Part shown: positions 32,191 to 42,019 of the stretch, piece after piece
How positions within the stretch are numbered: position 1 is the first letter of the stretch
Layout of the letters: each line of letters opens with the position of its first letter
NCBI GenBank assembly: GCA_016177765.1
Contig: JACOUP010000008.1
Span: forward strand, 65,021 to 129,020
Length of the DNA: 64,000 nt
Reading direction: 5' to 3'
From: Deltaproteobacteria bacterium
Lineage (GTDB): Bacteria; UBA10199; JACPAL01; JACOUP01
Notes under the pieces: model-generated
What the model was told of the DNA's origin: nothing
The model's input: the letters and a program-made list of their open reading frames with translations, nothing else
The model's database searches: none
Made by a program: the position numbers and the translations under genes

Positions 32191-33624
32191 ATGCCTCTAA
32201 AACTGACCGCCTACCCCACCCCCTTTCTGGAATACCGGGGGATTTTGACCCTTTGCCGTAAACTTAAAAAAGAAAGGCCCGGCCGTAAAATCGGTATTAT
32301 CCTGCCGGATGGAGAAGAAAGGAATCTCCCTCCCCATCGGTGGCTCCCAGCGATCCTGAAGGGGAACCGGCAGGAAGCGGTTGAGGATTTGAGCTCCCTC
32401 ACCTTTGGTCAACCAGTCCCTGAAGAGATTGAAGTCATTCTTTTTCCCTCCCTCACCACCCCCCCCTACCCCAAAGACAAGGAAAAGACTTCACCCCCCT
32501 GGTTTCAAGAACTGCTCCAGTCCAACAGGGAGTTTTATGGCTCCTACCCCCTGATGGACTCCCTGGGGCGCGAGGTGGAGAAGTCACCGTGGCTCGAGGG
32601 TGGTTCACCCAAGGAAAGTGAATTTGAATCCCATCTGGAATCCCCCGACCTGACCAAAATCCCATTTCATCCCGGTCCAAACCTCCGTTCTCCAAAGGCC
32701 CTGGCCCTTCTCAAGGGAGAGCTGGACCAGCACCATTTCTCCGCTACTGAACTGGAGAGTTACCAGAATTCCCCCTTTCAACATTTCGCCAAATATCTGC
32801 TGAAATTAAAGCCGGTCAAGGAGCGAACACCGGAATTGGACCCGGGGGTTCAGGGAAAGCTGATCCATCACCTGCTGGAAGTCCTCTTTTCAAAAATGGG
32901 ACCGGAAATGAAAGGAACCTCTCAAGAGAAAAACGATGATCTTGCGGTCCGTGGAATCAAGCTGGTTTGCGAGGAATTGAACCGTCAGGAAAAGGAGCTG
33001 GGGCTCCGTCGTTCCCAACTCTGGGAACACCGAAAAAGGAGGATTCTGAGGGCCATCGAAACTTTCTTCAAGGAAGAACTCGTCCGGTTGCAGGAGGGAA
33101 ATCAGAGACTGATCCCGAACCATTTTGAATGGCGTTTTGGCCAAAAGGAACCGTATCTCTTCCCGACGGAGGGCGGCGCTGTTCCACTGACCGGTGTAGT
33201 CGATCGGATCGACATCGATCTGGAGAAAAAACGGTTTCTGGTACTGGATTACAAGACAGGTTCAAAGACGGTTTCCCTGCGAGAGTTCGAGGCAGGGCGG
33301 GCATTGCAGCTCCCACTCTATGTTGCCGCCGTCTCCTCACTGCTCCTGAAGGATCACCAACCGATCGGCGGTGTTCTCTGCAGGCTTCACGACCTGACAC
33401 GCAAAGAGGGCTTTGTCAAAATAGAGGATTCTGAAAAATACCACTGCCTCGACTCCCGTTCACAGGCGGCTGTTTCCGAACAGGAGTGGGAGGGGATCCT
33501 CATCAAAACAGCCAAGACGGTCTCCAAGATCGTCGCCGGGATGAAAAAGGGAGATTTCCCCCAGCAGGCCGAGGAGTGTGAAGAATTTTGTGAGTTCCGG
33601 GATATCTGTCGGTGCGGGACGTAA
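32191..33624 (+). CDS. PD-(D/E)xK nuclease with C-terminal Fe-S Cys cluster (AddB/Cas4-like, no helicase-like N-domain)
   Basis: …GVVDRIDIDLEKKRFLVLDYKTG… is the D…D/E-x-K nuclease core. The C-terminus CEEFCEFRDICRC plus earlier cysteines match AddB/Cas4-type staple clusters. Confidence 0.55.
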   Translation: MPLKLTAYPTPFLEYRGILTLCRKLKKERPGRKIGIILPDGEERNLPPHRWLPAILKGNRQEAVEDLSSLTFGQPVPEEIEVILFPSLTTPPYPKDKEKTSPPWFQELLQSNREFYGSYPLMDSLGREVEKSPWLEGGSPKESEFESHLESPDLTKIPFHPGPNLRSPKALALLKGELDQHHFSATELESYQNSPFQHFAKYLLKLKPVKERTPELDPGVQGKLIHHLLEVLFSKMGPEMKGTSQEKNDDLAVRGIKLVCEELNRQEKELGLRRSQLWEHRKRRILRAIETFFKEELVRLQEGNQRLIPNHFEWRFGQKEPYLFPTEGGAVPLTGVVDRIDIDLEKKRFLVLDYKTGSKTVSLREFEAGRALQLPLYVAAVSSLLLKDHQPIGGVLCRLHDLTRKEGFVKIEDSEKYHCLDSRSQAAVSEQEWEGILIKTAKTVSKIVAGMKKGDFPQQAEECEEFCEFRDICRCGT

Positions 33625-33630
33625 AAAAAT

Positions 33631-35661
33631 ATGCCTTTGACTCTAGACCAGGAAACAGCCATTTCAGTCAGCGACACTAACGTCATCCTGATCGCCTCCG
33701 CCGGTTCCGGCAAGACCTCCGTCCTGGTAGAAAAATACGCGGCCCTTTTGGGGCAAGTGGAGCCGCAGAATATCCTGGCAATCACCTTCACCGAAAAAGC
33801 GGCCAAGGAACTAAAAAACAGGATCCAGAAAAAACTGGGGTTGGCACCGGGAACTCTGGACCAGACCGTTATCAACACCTTTCACGGCTTCTGCGCCGAT
33901 CTCCTGAAGGAAAAAGAAGAGATCAAAATCATGGATGAACACCTGACCACGGCCGTTCAGGCACAACTGATTCATGACGGTCTCCTCACCCTCCTCGAAG
34001 AGGAAGAACCGTCGACCATCCGGATGATCGCCGAATTCGGTTTTCATCGAACCCACAACCTCCTCCTCACCGCCTTTGACGAGTCCTACAACCTGCGACA
34101 CTGGTGGTCCCAAAAAAAAGAAGATCTCCGGGAAGACCCGCTCATCGTTCCCTTTTTCGAACTCTTCGAAAAAATCCATCACCGCTACCAATTAGAGAAA
34201 AAAGGGAAAGGGCTTTCCGATTTTGACGACCTGGAGGAAAAAATAATCCATCTGCTGGAAACCAACGTTCCAGAAAGGGAAAAACTCCAGAACCGGTTCC
34301 GCTTCATCCTGGTGGATGAATTCCAGGATACCAGCCCGATCCAGACGCGACTTCTCGATCTCCTGCACCAGTCCGGCAAGAATCTCCTCTTTGCCGTCGG
34401 CGATCCTAAACAGTCAATCTATCAGTTCCGCGGTGCCGATCTCAGTCTCTTCAAAGAGAAGATCCGACAAATCAAAAATGGGGAGGGAAAAATACTCTAC
34501 CTCCGTGATAATTTCCGCTCTTCACCCGCCTTGATCGAACCGATCAACCGCTTTTTTGAAAAAGTCCTTCCCCCGGAAGATTTTCAACCGATGCTCCCCC
34601 GAAGCGAGAAGGAGGGACTGGGGATCCAGACGCTCCCGCTGATAGAGGTCCAAAGCGCCTCCGAAAGACGGCTTCAGGAGGCAGGAGCCATCGCCTCAAA
34701 AATCATCGAACTCCGTCAAGAAAAAAGAGATTTCCGGGAAATGGTCTGTCTCTTCCGGACACGAACAGCGATCCCTCTCTTTGAAAAGGTCTTCCAGGAG
34801 CACCAGATCCCCTGCCATGCCGTTTCCAGAGGGGCTCTTTTCGAGGCCCAAGAGGTCCTTGACCTCGTTAACCTCCTCAAGGTGATCGCCAATCCCAATG
34901 ATACCCTTTCCCTCGTCGGGGTCCTGCGCTCCCCCCTCTTCGGCCTGACCGATGAGGAGATCTTTCTTGGGTGGCACACCCTTGGGTGGCACACCCTTGA
35001 ACAAAGAGCAGGGACACTCCTGAAAAAATATCACTTTGCCAAAGAGCTCAATCAATGGTCCAAAAACAAAACCATCAGTGCCCTTCTTCTCCACCTCTGT
35101 GAACTCTCATTTTTGGAGAAACTCTTCCGGACAGCTCAGGAGACCGCCAATCTCGAACGGCTGATCGCCCTGGCAGAGTCGTTTGAGGCGCTTGGCGTCA
35201 CCACCCTGGCACAATTTCTCACCACCGTCGAGGCGCTCCGGGAGGCCGGCACCCGGATCCCGGAGGCCTCACTCTTCGCCCCGAGCGCCAACTGCGTCCG
35301 ACTGATGACCGTTCATGCCTCAAAAGGCCTTGAATTTCCTATAGTTTTTATGACAGACCTCTCGTACCGACCGAGGACCGATTCACCGCTCTTCCAGTTC
35401 CATCCGCAAAAAGGGATCGGCTTCAAACACCTTTCGGAAGATTCCCAAGGACTCAAGGATCACTTTGAAAAGAGCCCTGAATATGAGAGATTGGAAGAAG
35501 AAAAAAAGAAGAAGGGAAAGGAGGAATCGATGCGACTCCTGTATGTTGCCATGACGCGGGCCCAGGAGGGACTCTTTCTCCCACTCACGCCGATCAACGG
35601 CAATAAAAAGGGGATCACTTGGAACGACCTTCTGGTCCCCTTATTTCTGGACAAGGGATGA
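33631..35661 (+). CDS. UvrD/Rep/AddA-like SF1 helicase (no nuclease domain), with in-frame repeat insert LGWHTLGWHTL
   Basis: Walker A SAGSGKT, motif II FILVDEFQDT, and motif V/VI VHASKGLEFPIVFM. Confidence 0.8.
   Translation: MPLTLDQETAISVSDTNVILIASAGSGKTSVLVEKYAALLGQVEPQNILAITFTEKAAKELKNRIQKKLGLAPGTLDQTVINTFHGFCADLLKEKEEIKIMDEHLTTAVQAQLIHDGLLTLLEEEEPSTIRMIAEFGFHRTHNLLLTAFDESYNLRHWWSQKKEDLREDPLIVPFFELFEKIHHRYQLEKKGKGLSDFDDLEEKIIHLLETNVPEREKLQNRFRFILVDEFQDTSPIQTRLLDLLHQSGKNLLFAVGDPKQSIYQFRGADLSLFKEKIRQIKNGEGKILYLRDNFRSSPALIEPINRFFEKVLPPEDFQPMLPRSEKEGLGIQTLPLIEVQSASERRLQEAGAIASKIIELRQEKRDFREMVCLFRTRTAIPLFEKVFQEHQIPCHAVSRGALFEAQEVLDLVNLLKVIANPNDTLSLVGVLRSPLFGLTDEEIFLGWHTLGWHTLEQRAGTLLKKYHFAKELNQWSKNKTISALLLHLCELSFLEKLFRTAQETANLERLIALAESFEALGVTTLAQFLTTVEALREAGTRIPEASLFAPSANCVRLMTVHASKGLEFPIVFMTDLSYRPRTDSPLFQFHPQKGIGFKHLSEDSQGLKDHFEKSPEYERLEEEKKKKGKEESMRLLYVAMTRAQEGLFLPLTPINGNKKGITWNDLLVPLFLDKG
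34966..34999. repeat. Palindromic repeat copy, ~2.3 units, GGTGGCACACCC variant, third reading frame
   Basis: cttGGGTGgcaCACCCttGGGTGgcaCACCCttg, in-frame in the helicase, encoding LGWHTLGWHTL. The TGG variant removes the TGA that the canonical unit carries in this frame. Confidence 0.85.
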
Positions 35662-38168
35662 TCCCTTCCCTTCCTAAAGAGCTTCTGGATCAAGCCGCTT
35701 CCCCACGGGAGGCAGGGCACTTTTTTTCGGCCTGGTTCACAGCCTACCGTCAGGAAAGGGGAAATCCGCCTGATTTAAAACATCCCTCGGGCTCAAAAAT
35801 CCTTTCCCTCTTTGGGAATTCGGCATGGCTTTCCCAATTCCTCGGCAATCACCCCCTTCTCTACGATTCCCTCGGTTCCTCCCCCTTCCTCACCAAAAGA
35901 AAAGGCCTGGAAGACCACCGGGAGGACCTTCGACAAGTCCCCAAGGGTGATTCACCCAAGGGTGTGCCACCCAAGGGCGATTCGCCCACGGGCGACTTTC
36001 ATTCAAACCTCCTCCTCTATAAAAACAGCGAGCTTTTAAGGATCGCCCTCCGTTCTCTTGAAATCGGCTCTTCTGAAGAAGAAATCGGTCACGAACTTTC
36101 CGACCTGGCCCAAGCGATTGTCGAAAAGGCCCATCAGGTGCTGGGAGCCATTCATCAACGGGAATTGGGTCTTCGAAAAATTCCCCTCTGTTGCCTCGGT
36201 CTTGGAAAACTGGGAGGCCAGGACCTCAATTTCAGCTCCGACATTGATCTCCTCTACCTCTATGGTGACGATGAAGAACGAGGCTCTGAACTCTCCACCC
36301 ACGAATACTTTGTGAAGCGGGTTGAAAGAGAACGGCATTTCCTGAGCGACAAGACCGATTCTTTCCTCTATCGCGTCGATCTGGATCTTCGTCCGGAAGG
36401 GAAAAAAGGGACGCTTGTCAATTCACTCCCCGCCCTCGAAGAGTATTACGAAACCTGGGGGGCGGAATGGGAGAGAATCGCCCTCATCAAGGGACGATGC
36501 CTCGCCGGTGACAAGCCACTGGCCGAAAAATTCATCAAGATGGCCCACCCCTTTGTCTGGCGGAAAAGCTTCGAAGACTCCGCCTTGAACCAGATCAAGA
36601 CAATCAAGGAGAAAAGTGATGCCCTTTTGAGAAAAAAAGTCGTTCCCACTTTTCATGTCAAACTCGGGAGCGGCGGAATCCGGGAAGTCGAACTATTCGT
36701 CTGGATTTTTCAGTTGATCTTTGGCGGCCGCCACCCGCAACTCCAGGAAGCCCATACCCTTCAAGCCCTTCGCCAGCTCAAGGCCCTCTCCCTCATCCCC
36801 GCCAGGGAGACCAAACAGTTGGAAAAGGCCTATCTTTTCCTGCGGCGGATAGAAAACCGACTGCAAATGCAAGAGAACCAGCAAATTCATCAGATTCCGG
36901 AATCAGCCGAGGGACAGGAGGCCCTCGCCCGTCTCCTCGGTTACCCCCAGGAAACACGAAAAGCGGCCCGCAAGGCTTTCTTGGAAGACCTCGAACAAAC
37001 ACGGACCTATGTTCAAAAACATTTCGCCAGTCTCTTTGAAAGAGGACCTAAAAAACAACGCTCCTGGAAGGAAGAGCAGACGCTCAGGCTCCAGTCAGAA
37101 TTGGAGCCGCTACCGACTGTTGAAGAAAAATTCGACAGCCTGCGCCTCTTTAAAAAAGAGGTGACCGGTGAAATCATTCAGGAAGACCAATCGGGAAAAC
37201 TTTCTTTTACGAACTTTCTTGTCAGAAATACAGAACTGGCCGAGGTGATCCTCCAGGAGGCCTATCAGATCGCCCTTGCCGAAATGGCCGCCCGCTATGG
37301 TCCCCTGAAGGGAGAGGGACTCGCCATTATCGGCATGGGAAAGCTGGGGGGAAGAGAGTTGACTTACCGGTCGGACCTGGACCTCCAATTCCTCTATGAC
37401 GAAAATTCCTACAACAAAACCCTGTCCCTTCAGGAATATTTTGCAAAACTCGCTCAGAGGGTCCTCTCTTGTCTGACAATCATCACCGAACAGGGATGGG
37501 CCTACAAGATCGACACCGCCCTCCGTCCTTCGGGAAGCGCCGGTGTCCTTGTCGGTTCACTGGCCTCTTTTCTGGAATACCACGAAAAAGAGTCAAAAAC
37601 CTGGGAAAAACAGGCCCTTCTCAAGGCGAGACCGGTTGCCGGCGACCCTTTTCTTTGTGACAAGGCCGCCGTTTTTCTGAAAGGGATCCCGTTCCGCTTT
37701 CCCCCCTCCCCTTCCCTCCTCCAGGATATCGCCTCTCTCCGGACCCGGATGGAAAGAGAGATTGCCAGAGAGACCGAGTCATCCTGGAATTTGAAGACAG
37801 GATACGGCGGTATTGTGGATATTGAATTTCTGACACAAGGCCTGCAACTCCTTCATGGACGGGATTTTAGTGAATTGGCGGAGCCCAATACGCTCCTGGC
37901 CCTTGAAAAACTCTCAGGACTCCAATTTCTCACTCCCCAGGAGACCAATGACTTGAAGGAAGGGTACCAATTCCTCCGCCGTCTGGAAACCGCACTCCGG
38001 CTCCAATTGGAGAGCCCCACCGATTGTCTTGAATTAACCGCTCCCTGGCTCCCCACGATGGCAACAGCCCTCAATTTTTCTTCAGCAACGGCACTTGTCG
38101 ACGCGGCCCGCTCCTGGAGGAAAAAAATTCGCGGCCTTTATGAAGGGGTGTTTGGAAGTCGGGGCTAG
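35658..38168 (+). CDS. glnE: Bifunctional glutamine synthetase adenylyltransferase/adenylyl-removing enzyme
   Basis: Two nucleotidyltransferase modules (GLGKLGGQDLNFSSDIDLLYLY and IGMGKLGGRELTYRSDLDLQFLY). The N-terminal region contains 3.5 tandem repeat units. ATGA overlap with the helicase stop. Confidence 0.85.
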   Translation: MIPSLPKELLDQAASPREAGHFFSAWFTAYRQERGNPPDLKHPSGSKILSLFGNSAWLSQFLGNHPLLYDSLGSSPFLTKRKGLEDHREDLRQVPKGDSPKGVPPKGDSPTGDFHSNLLLYKNSELLRIALRSLEIGSSEEEIGHELSDLAQAIVEKAHQVLGAIHQRELGLRKIPLCCLGLGKLGGQDLNFSSDIDLLYLYGDDEERGSELSTHEYFVKRVERERHFLSDKTDSFLYRVDLDLRPEGKKGTLVNSLPALEEYYETWGAEWERIALIKGRCLAGDKPLAEKFIKMAHPFVWRKSFEDSALNQIKTIKEKSDALLRKKVVPTFHVKLGSGGIREVELFVWIFQLIFGGRHPQLQEAHTLQALRQLKALSLIPARETKQLEKAYLFLRRIENRLQMQENQQIHQIPESAEGQEALARLLGYPQETRKAARKAFLEDLEQTRTYVQKHFASLFERGPKKQRSWKEEQTLRLQSELEPLPTVEEKFDSLRLFKKEVTGEIIQEDQSGKLSFTNFLVRNTELAEVILQEAYQIALAEMAARYGPLKGEGLAIIGMGKLGGRELTYRSDLDLQFLYDENSYNKTLSLQEYFAKLAQRVLSCLTIITEQGWAYKIDTALRPSGSAGVLVGSLASFLEYHEKESKTWEKQALLKARPVAGDPFLCDKAAVFLKGIPFRFPPSPSLLQDIASLRTRMEREIARETESSWNLKTGYGGIVDIEFLTQGLQLLHGRDFSELAEPNTLLALEKLSGLQFLTPQETNDLKEGYQFLRRLETALRLQLESPTDCLELTAPWLPTMATALNFSSATALVDAARSWRKKIRGLYEGVFGSRG
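35939..35994. repeat. Palindromic repeat copy, ~3.5 units, in glnE
   Basis: ccaaGGGTGattCACCCaaGGGTGtgcCACCCaaGGGCGattCGCCCacGGGCG encodes PKGDSPKGVPPKGDSPTGD. Confidence 0.9.
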
Positions 38169-38174
38169 ACGCCC

Positions 38175-38576
38175 TTACTCGGCAAAAGTTCTCTCTACCT
38201 TCTCCTGCTCTTCCTTGCAACGAATGCAAAGGTCAGTCACCGGGCGGGCCTCAAGCCGTTTGATGCCAATTTCTTCACCGCATAACTCGCAGACCCCATA
38301 TTCTCCGGCATCCATCTTGGTCAAGGCCTTGTCAATTTTCTTCAGAAGGACGCGTTCGCGATCTCTCAAACGGAGGTTCATCGACTGATCCGCCTCCGAG
38401 GAGGCGAGGTCGACCTCATCCGGAAGGTCCTCCTGCGTAAAGCCGATCCCCTGTTCCTTGGTCTGTTCGGCCGCCTCCAGAATCTTCAGCCGCCGCTCCT
38501 GAAGGAGCTCACGGAACTTCTTCAAATCCTTCTTGTTCATGGTAAAAATGATTCGGTATTTCCCAATTTTTGTCAA
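38175..38576 (-). CDS. DksA/TraR-family C4 zinc-finger transcription factor
   Basis: CELCGEEIGIKRLEARPVTDLCIRC C-terminal zinc finger and a coiled-coil N-terminus. Confidence 0.7.
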   Translation of the reverse strand: MTKIGKYRIIFTMNKKDLKKFRELLQERRLKILEAAEQTKEQGIGFTQEDLPDEVDLASSEADQSMNLRLRDRERVLLKKIDKALTKMDAGEYGVCELCGEEIGIKRLEARPVTDLCIRCKEEQEKVERTFAE

Positions 38577-38635
38577 GCGGATTCACACTAACCATACTAA
38601 CGATTTGCCCTTGCCTCGCCCGTCAGAAGCGGTGT

Positions 38636-39283
38636 ATGGAGGGTTCGATGAATCACAGCCTCTCTCCTCTCAAGAAAAAAATGGAACAGATGAGCACCCT
38701 TGTGGAGGAAATGCTGGAAACCGCCATGAAAGCCCTGCTGGATCATGATTCCAAGGCAGGTCGTCAGGCGATTGAAAAAGACAAGGTGGTGAACCGGTTT
38801 GAAAAAGAGACCGATGATCTTTGCCTTCGCCTCCTCTCTGATCCTGCCCCCGATCCCAAAGAACTCCGGTTCATTATCACTGCGATCAAAATCAATAAGG
38901 ATATGGAAAGAATCGGCGATCTGATTGTGAATCTCGCCGAGCGGGCCCTTGAACTGAATGAACAACCCCAGTTGAAACCGTATGTCGAACTTCCGAAAAT
39001 GGCGGCCACTGTCCAAAAGATGATCCATGAAAACAGCAAGGCCTTCCTTCAGCAGATCCCCTCCAGGGCGAGGCAGACCTATGAGACCTACAAGGGGATT
39101 GCCAAGCTCCGCCGGGAGATTTTTTACGAGCTCCTCGATTTCATGATCAAGGACCCAACAACAGTCGCTCGGTCAGTCCGCCTTATTTCCATCGGGCGGT
39201 ATCTGGAAAGGATCGGGGATCATGCCGCCAACAGCGCCGAGCTGATCGTGGCCTTGTTTGAAAACAGGATTATTCGCACTTAA
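38636..39283 (+). CDS. phoU: PhoU-family phosphate signalling/regulatory protein (not adjacent to pstSCAB in this window)
   Basis: A tandem PhoU repeat architecture with two …RIGD… repeats. The start is trimmed to ATG 38636 (alternative 38648). Confidence 0.75.
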   Translation: MEGSMNHSLSPLKKKMEQMSTLVEEMLETAMKALLDHDSKAGRQAIEKDKVVNRFEKETDDLCLRLLSDPAPDPKELRFIITAIKINKDMERIGDLIVNLAERALELNEQPQLKPYVELPKMAATVQKMIHENSKAFLQQIPSRARQTYETYKGIAKLRREIFYELLDFMIKDPTTVARSVRLISIGRYLERIGDHAANSAELIVALFENRIIRT

Positions 39284-39581
39284 ACAGACAATGAAGACGA
39301 TCAAGGAAATCCTTGAAAAATCTTTCGAGGGATCCCCCGTTCTGGATATCGCCCTCCTGCAAAAGAGTTGGCCGACATTGGTTGGATCCACCGTAGCCCA
39401 GAATTCACAGCCGGTCTCTCTTCGAGACAAAAACCTTTTTATCTGGGTTAAGAACTCTTCCTGGATGACGGAACTCTCACTGATGAAAGGTGAAATCCTT
39501 AAAAAAGTCCGTGAATCGAGGGGGGACGGAAAAATAGAAGAGATCCGATTTGTCCTGAAAAAACCTGACCCTTCGACTTAG
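39258..39581 (+). CDS. DUF721 domain protein
   Basis: The pattern …W..LVG…..S.PV.L.D..L.IWV.NS.WMTELS..K..IL.K… is typical of DUF721. Confidence 0.55.
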   Translation: MKTGLFALKQTMKTIKEILEKSFEGSPVLDIALLQKSWPTLVGSTVAQNSQPVSLRDKNLFIWVKNSSWMTELSLMKGEILKKVRESRGDGKIEEIRFVLKKPDPST

Positions 39582-39592
39582 CTCAGGGTGTC

Positions 39593-40900
39593 TTAAAATT
39601 TATGAAAGACAAGCCCGGAGAGGAGTTTGGGGTAAAAGAAGGTGGTCTTTTGCGACAGCCTCTTCCCTGATTCCGAGAGCGCCACGACATCCTTAATACA
39701 CGGTGGGGAGAGAAGAAAACCGGCATCCGCCGTGCCTTGGGTGACTTTGCGGATTACAGACCTCCCCTCCTTTTCAAACGCAAAATCCTTTTCGATTGAA
39801 TTTTTATCCTGAGCGATACCAACAACCCGCGGCAGAAATAATTCGTGAAGAAGCGTTGTCCCCATCACCAACCGCTGAGGGTCCAAACCTTTGGCCAGGG
39901 AAGAACGAACAAGACGGGAATAATCGGTTTCAAAAAGAATCAAGGGTGATTGGGGGAGCACAACTCCCAAGGCCATTTTTTTTGTCTTCTCCAGACTTTT
40001 TAAAAATTCCATTTTTTTCTTAAGGGGAAAAAACCGAACCTTAAAAATACCGGCCGTCTTTTTCTGGATCTTCTCCCAATCCCAGGAAAGGGGGGAATGG
40101 TACAAGCGGTGTGTCGGCAAGACCACAAGTCCCGGGTCATCAATATTGGAAAAAAACATCATTACAGAACGGGAACCGGGCAACCGGTTCCCTCTTTTCA
40201 TCTTTCTTCTCTCTCGGGAATAGGCCAGCGCCGTCTCGTACCGGTGGTGGCCATCGGCAATGGTCAATCTTCTTCCAGAAAGAAAGAAGCAGACGGACCT
40301 CACAACCGCAGGATCAGAAATAGACCAGAACTGATGATGAATGCCGTCATCCGTCCTCAGATTAAAAAGCGGCTTGCCTCTAACAATCTTTTTCAGAAGT
40401 TGATCAACTTTTTTCCGGGGATCGGAATAGAGGGAAAAAACAGGGCTCAGGTTTGCCTGACACTCCCGGAGAAGCCGGAGTCTGTCACGCTTGGGAGCAG
40501 ACAGGGTCTTTTCATGGGGAAATACCGACCTCCCCCAAGGTTCAAGGCGGCGCAAGGCGAGCAATCCCTTGCGTAATATTTTTCTTTTCCCGATACGGAA
40601 GGTCTGGTGGTAGAGGTAGAGGGAGGCTTGCCCATTCTGGACCAGGACCCCGCTTTTCAGCCAGGCCCGAAAGGTCAGCGCCGCTTTTTGGTAAGGCCTC
40701 TTTCCGCGGGGCAGGATAAGGTGAATAACATTGTAAGGATGGCGCCCCGCAAGCCTCTTCCGCTCCTCCGGTGAAATGACATCGTAAGGGGGGGCTACAA
40801 CCTCCTCCATCTTCGAAATTCGCCGCGGATTATAAAGAACACCCCGAAAGGGAGAAACGGCAAGATTAGCGGGCATTTTCTTCTTCATTCGCCTCTTCAA
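39593..40900 (-). CDS. DUF1015 domain protein
   Basis: N-terminal …FRGVLYNP…VVAPPYDVISPEE… is the DUF1015 signature. 435 aa. Confidence 0.7.
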   Translation of the reverse strand: MKRRMKKKMPANLAVSPFRGVLYNPRRISKMEEVVAPPYDVISPEERKRLAGRHPYNVIHLILPRGKRPYQKAALTFRAWLKSGVLVQNGQASLYLYHQTFRIGKRKILRKGLLALRRLEPWGRSVFPHEKTLSAPKRDRLRLLRECQANLSPVFSLYSDPRKKVDQLLKKIVRGKPLFNLRTDDGIHHQFWSISDPAVVRSVCFFLSGRRLTIADGHHRYETALAYSRERRKMKRGNRLPGSRSVMMFFSNIDDPGLVVLPTHRLYHSPLSWDWEKIQKKTAGIFKVRFFPLKKKMEFLKSLEKTKKMALGVVLPQSPLILFETDYSRLVRSSLAKGLDPQRLVMGTTLLHELFLPRVVGIAQDKNSIEKDFAFEKEGRSVIRKVTQGTADAGFLLSPPCIKDVVALSESGKRLSQKTTFFYPKLLSGLVFHKF

Positions 40901-41525
40901 AAAATGGAAACAACACCTCGCCCCTGATAATCCCCTCCCGAATGATGGTCAGTTTGTCCTCGGTGACATCCACCACCGTGGAACCCATGGAAGGGGCCAG
41001 TTCACCACCGTCAATAATAAAACCGATCTTGTCCCCGAAATAATTTTTGAGGTGTCTCACATTGAAGGAAGGAGGGAGTCCGGAGAGATTGGCCGATGTC
41101 GTTGTCAAGGGATACCCCAATCTTTTGACAAGCGCCTGGGCGACAGGGTGAGAAGAGATTCTTATCCCGATCTTGCCGGTATTGGTCGTCAGACTCTTGG
41201 AAACGGCACTGGTTGTCTTGAAGAGAATGGTCAGGGGCCCTGGCCAAAAGTTGTCCATCAAGAGAAGGGCCTTGTCAGGGATATCGGTGACATAGCGAAC
41301 CAGCATATTGCGGTCACTGACGACAACGGCAATCGGGTTGCTATAATCCCTCCGCTTCAGATCAAAGAGCCTCTTGATCGCTTGTTCATCGGCGATATTA
41401 ACCCCCAAACCGTAAAAAGTTTCTGTCGGGTAAGCGACAATCGCCCCCTCACGGAGGGCAGAAACGACACGGTCGACCCTATCTGGTTCGGGATCCTCAA
41501 GATTAACGGTAATAACCTCACTCAC
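40866..41525 (-). CDS. tsaC: L-threonylcarbamoyladenylate synthase (YrdC/Sua5 family)
   Basis: …REGAIVAYPTETFYGLGVN… is the YrdC domain. 219 aa. Confidence 0.8.
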   Translation of the reverse strand: MSEVITVNLEDPEPDRVDRVVSALREGAIVAYPTETFYGLGVNIADEQAIKRLFDLKRRDYSNPIAVVVSDRNMLVRYVTDIPDKALLLMDNFWPGPLTILFKTTSAVSKSLTTNTGKIGIRISSHPVAQALVKRLGYPLTTTSANLSGLPPSFNVRHLKNYFGDKIGFIIDGGELAPSMGSTVVDVTEDKLTIIREGIIRGEVLFPFFEEANEEENAR

Positions 41526-42019
41526 TGCCGCCTCAACTTTTTGTCTTTCTCCACCACATCACGTTCCATCTTCTTCCGGTAACTCTCCAGACGACGACGA
41601 AGGGAAGCACTGGAAAGGGCCAATATCTCAACGGATAAGAGGGCCGCATTCTTGGAACCAGCCCTGCCGATCGCCATCCCCGCAACGGGGACGCCACCTG
41701 GCATCTGGACCGTCGAGAGAATTGAATCGAGCCCTTTCAAGGAAGAAGAATCAATCGGGACACCCACCACAGGAAGTGTCGTATGGGCCGCCACGACACC
41801 GGCCAAGTGGGCCGCCGCACCGGCACCGGCAATCAGGACCTTCAATCCCCGTTTGGCCGCAGTTTCGGCATAAAGTATCGTTCGCTTGGGAGAACGATGC
41901 GCCGAGGTAATCACCATTTCATGGGCAATCTTGAAATCCCCCAAAACCCTGGCCGCCTCCTGCATGATCTCAATATCCGAATCGCTCCCCATCAGAATAC
42001 CAACCACCGGCTTTTTCAT
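41522..42019 (-). CDS. purE: N5-carboxyaminoimidazole ribonucleotide mutase
   Basis: KKPVVGILMGSDSDIEIMQEAARVL… Start trimmed to MKKP (42019), just after the purD stop. Confidence 0.9.
   Translation of the reverse strand: MKKPVVGILMGSDSDIEIMQEAARVLGDFKIAHEMVITSAHRSPKRTILYAETAAKRGLKVLIAGAGAAAHLAGVVAAHTTLPVVGVPIDSSSLKGLDSILSTVQMPGGVPVAGMAIGRAGSKNAALLSVEILALSSASLRRRLESYRKKMERDVVEKDKKLRRQ

Noticed and set aside
35939-35994. Tandem short repeats considered as a possible CRISPR array
   Set aside because: The units are 15 bp with no unique spacers, lie in-frame inside genes, and are dispersed as 1-3.5-unit copies. The architecture is not CRISPR.
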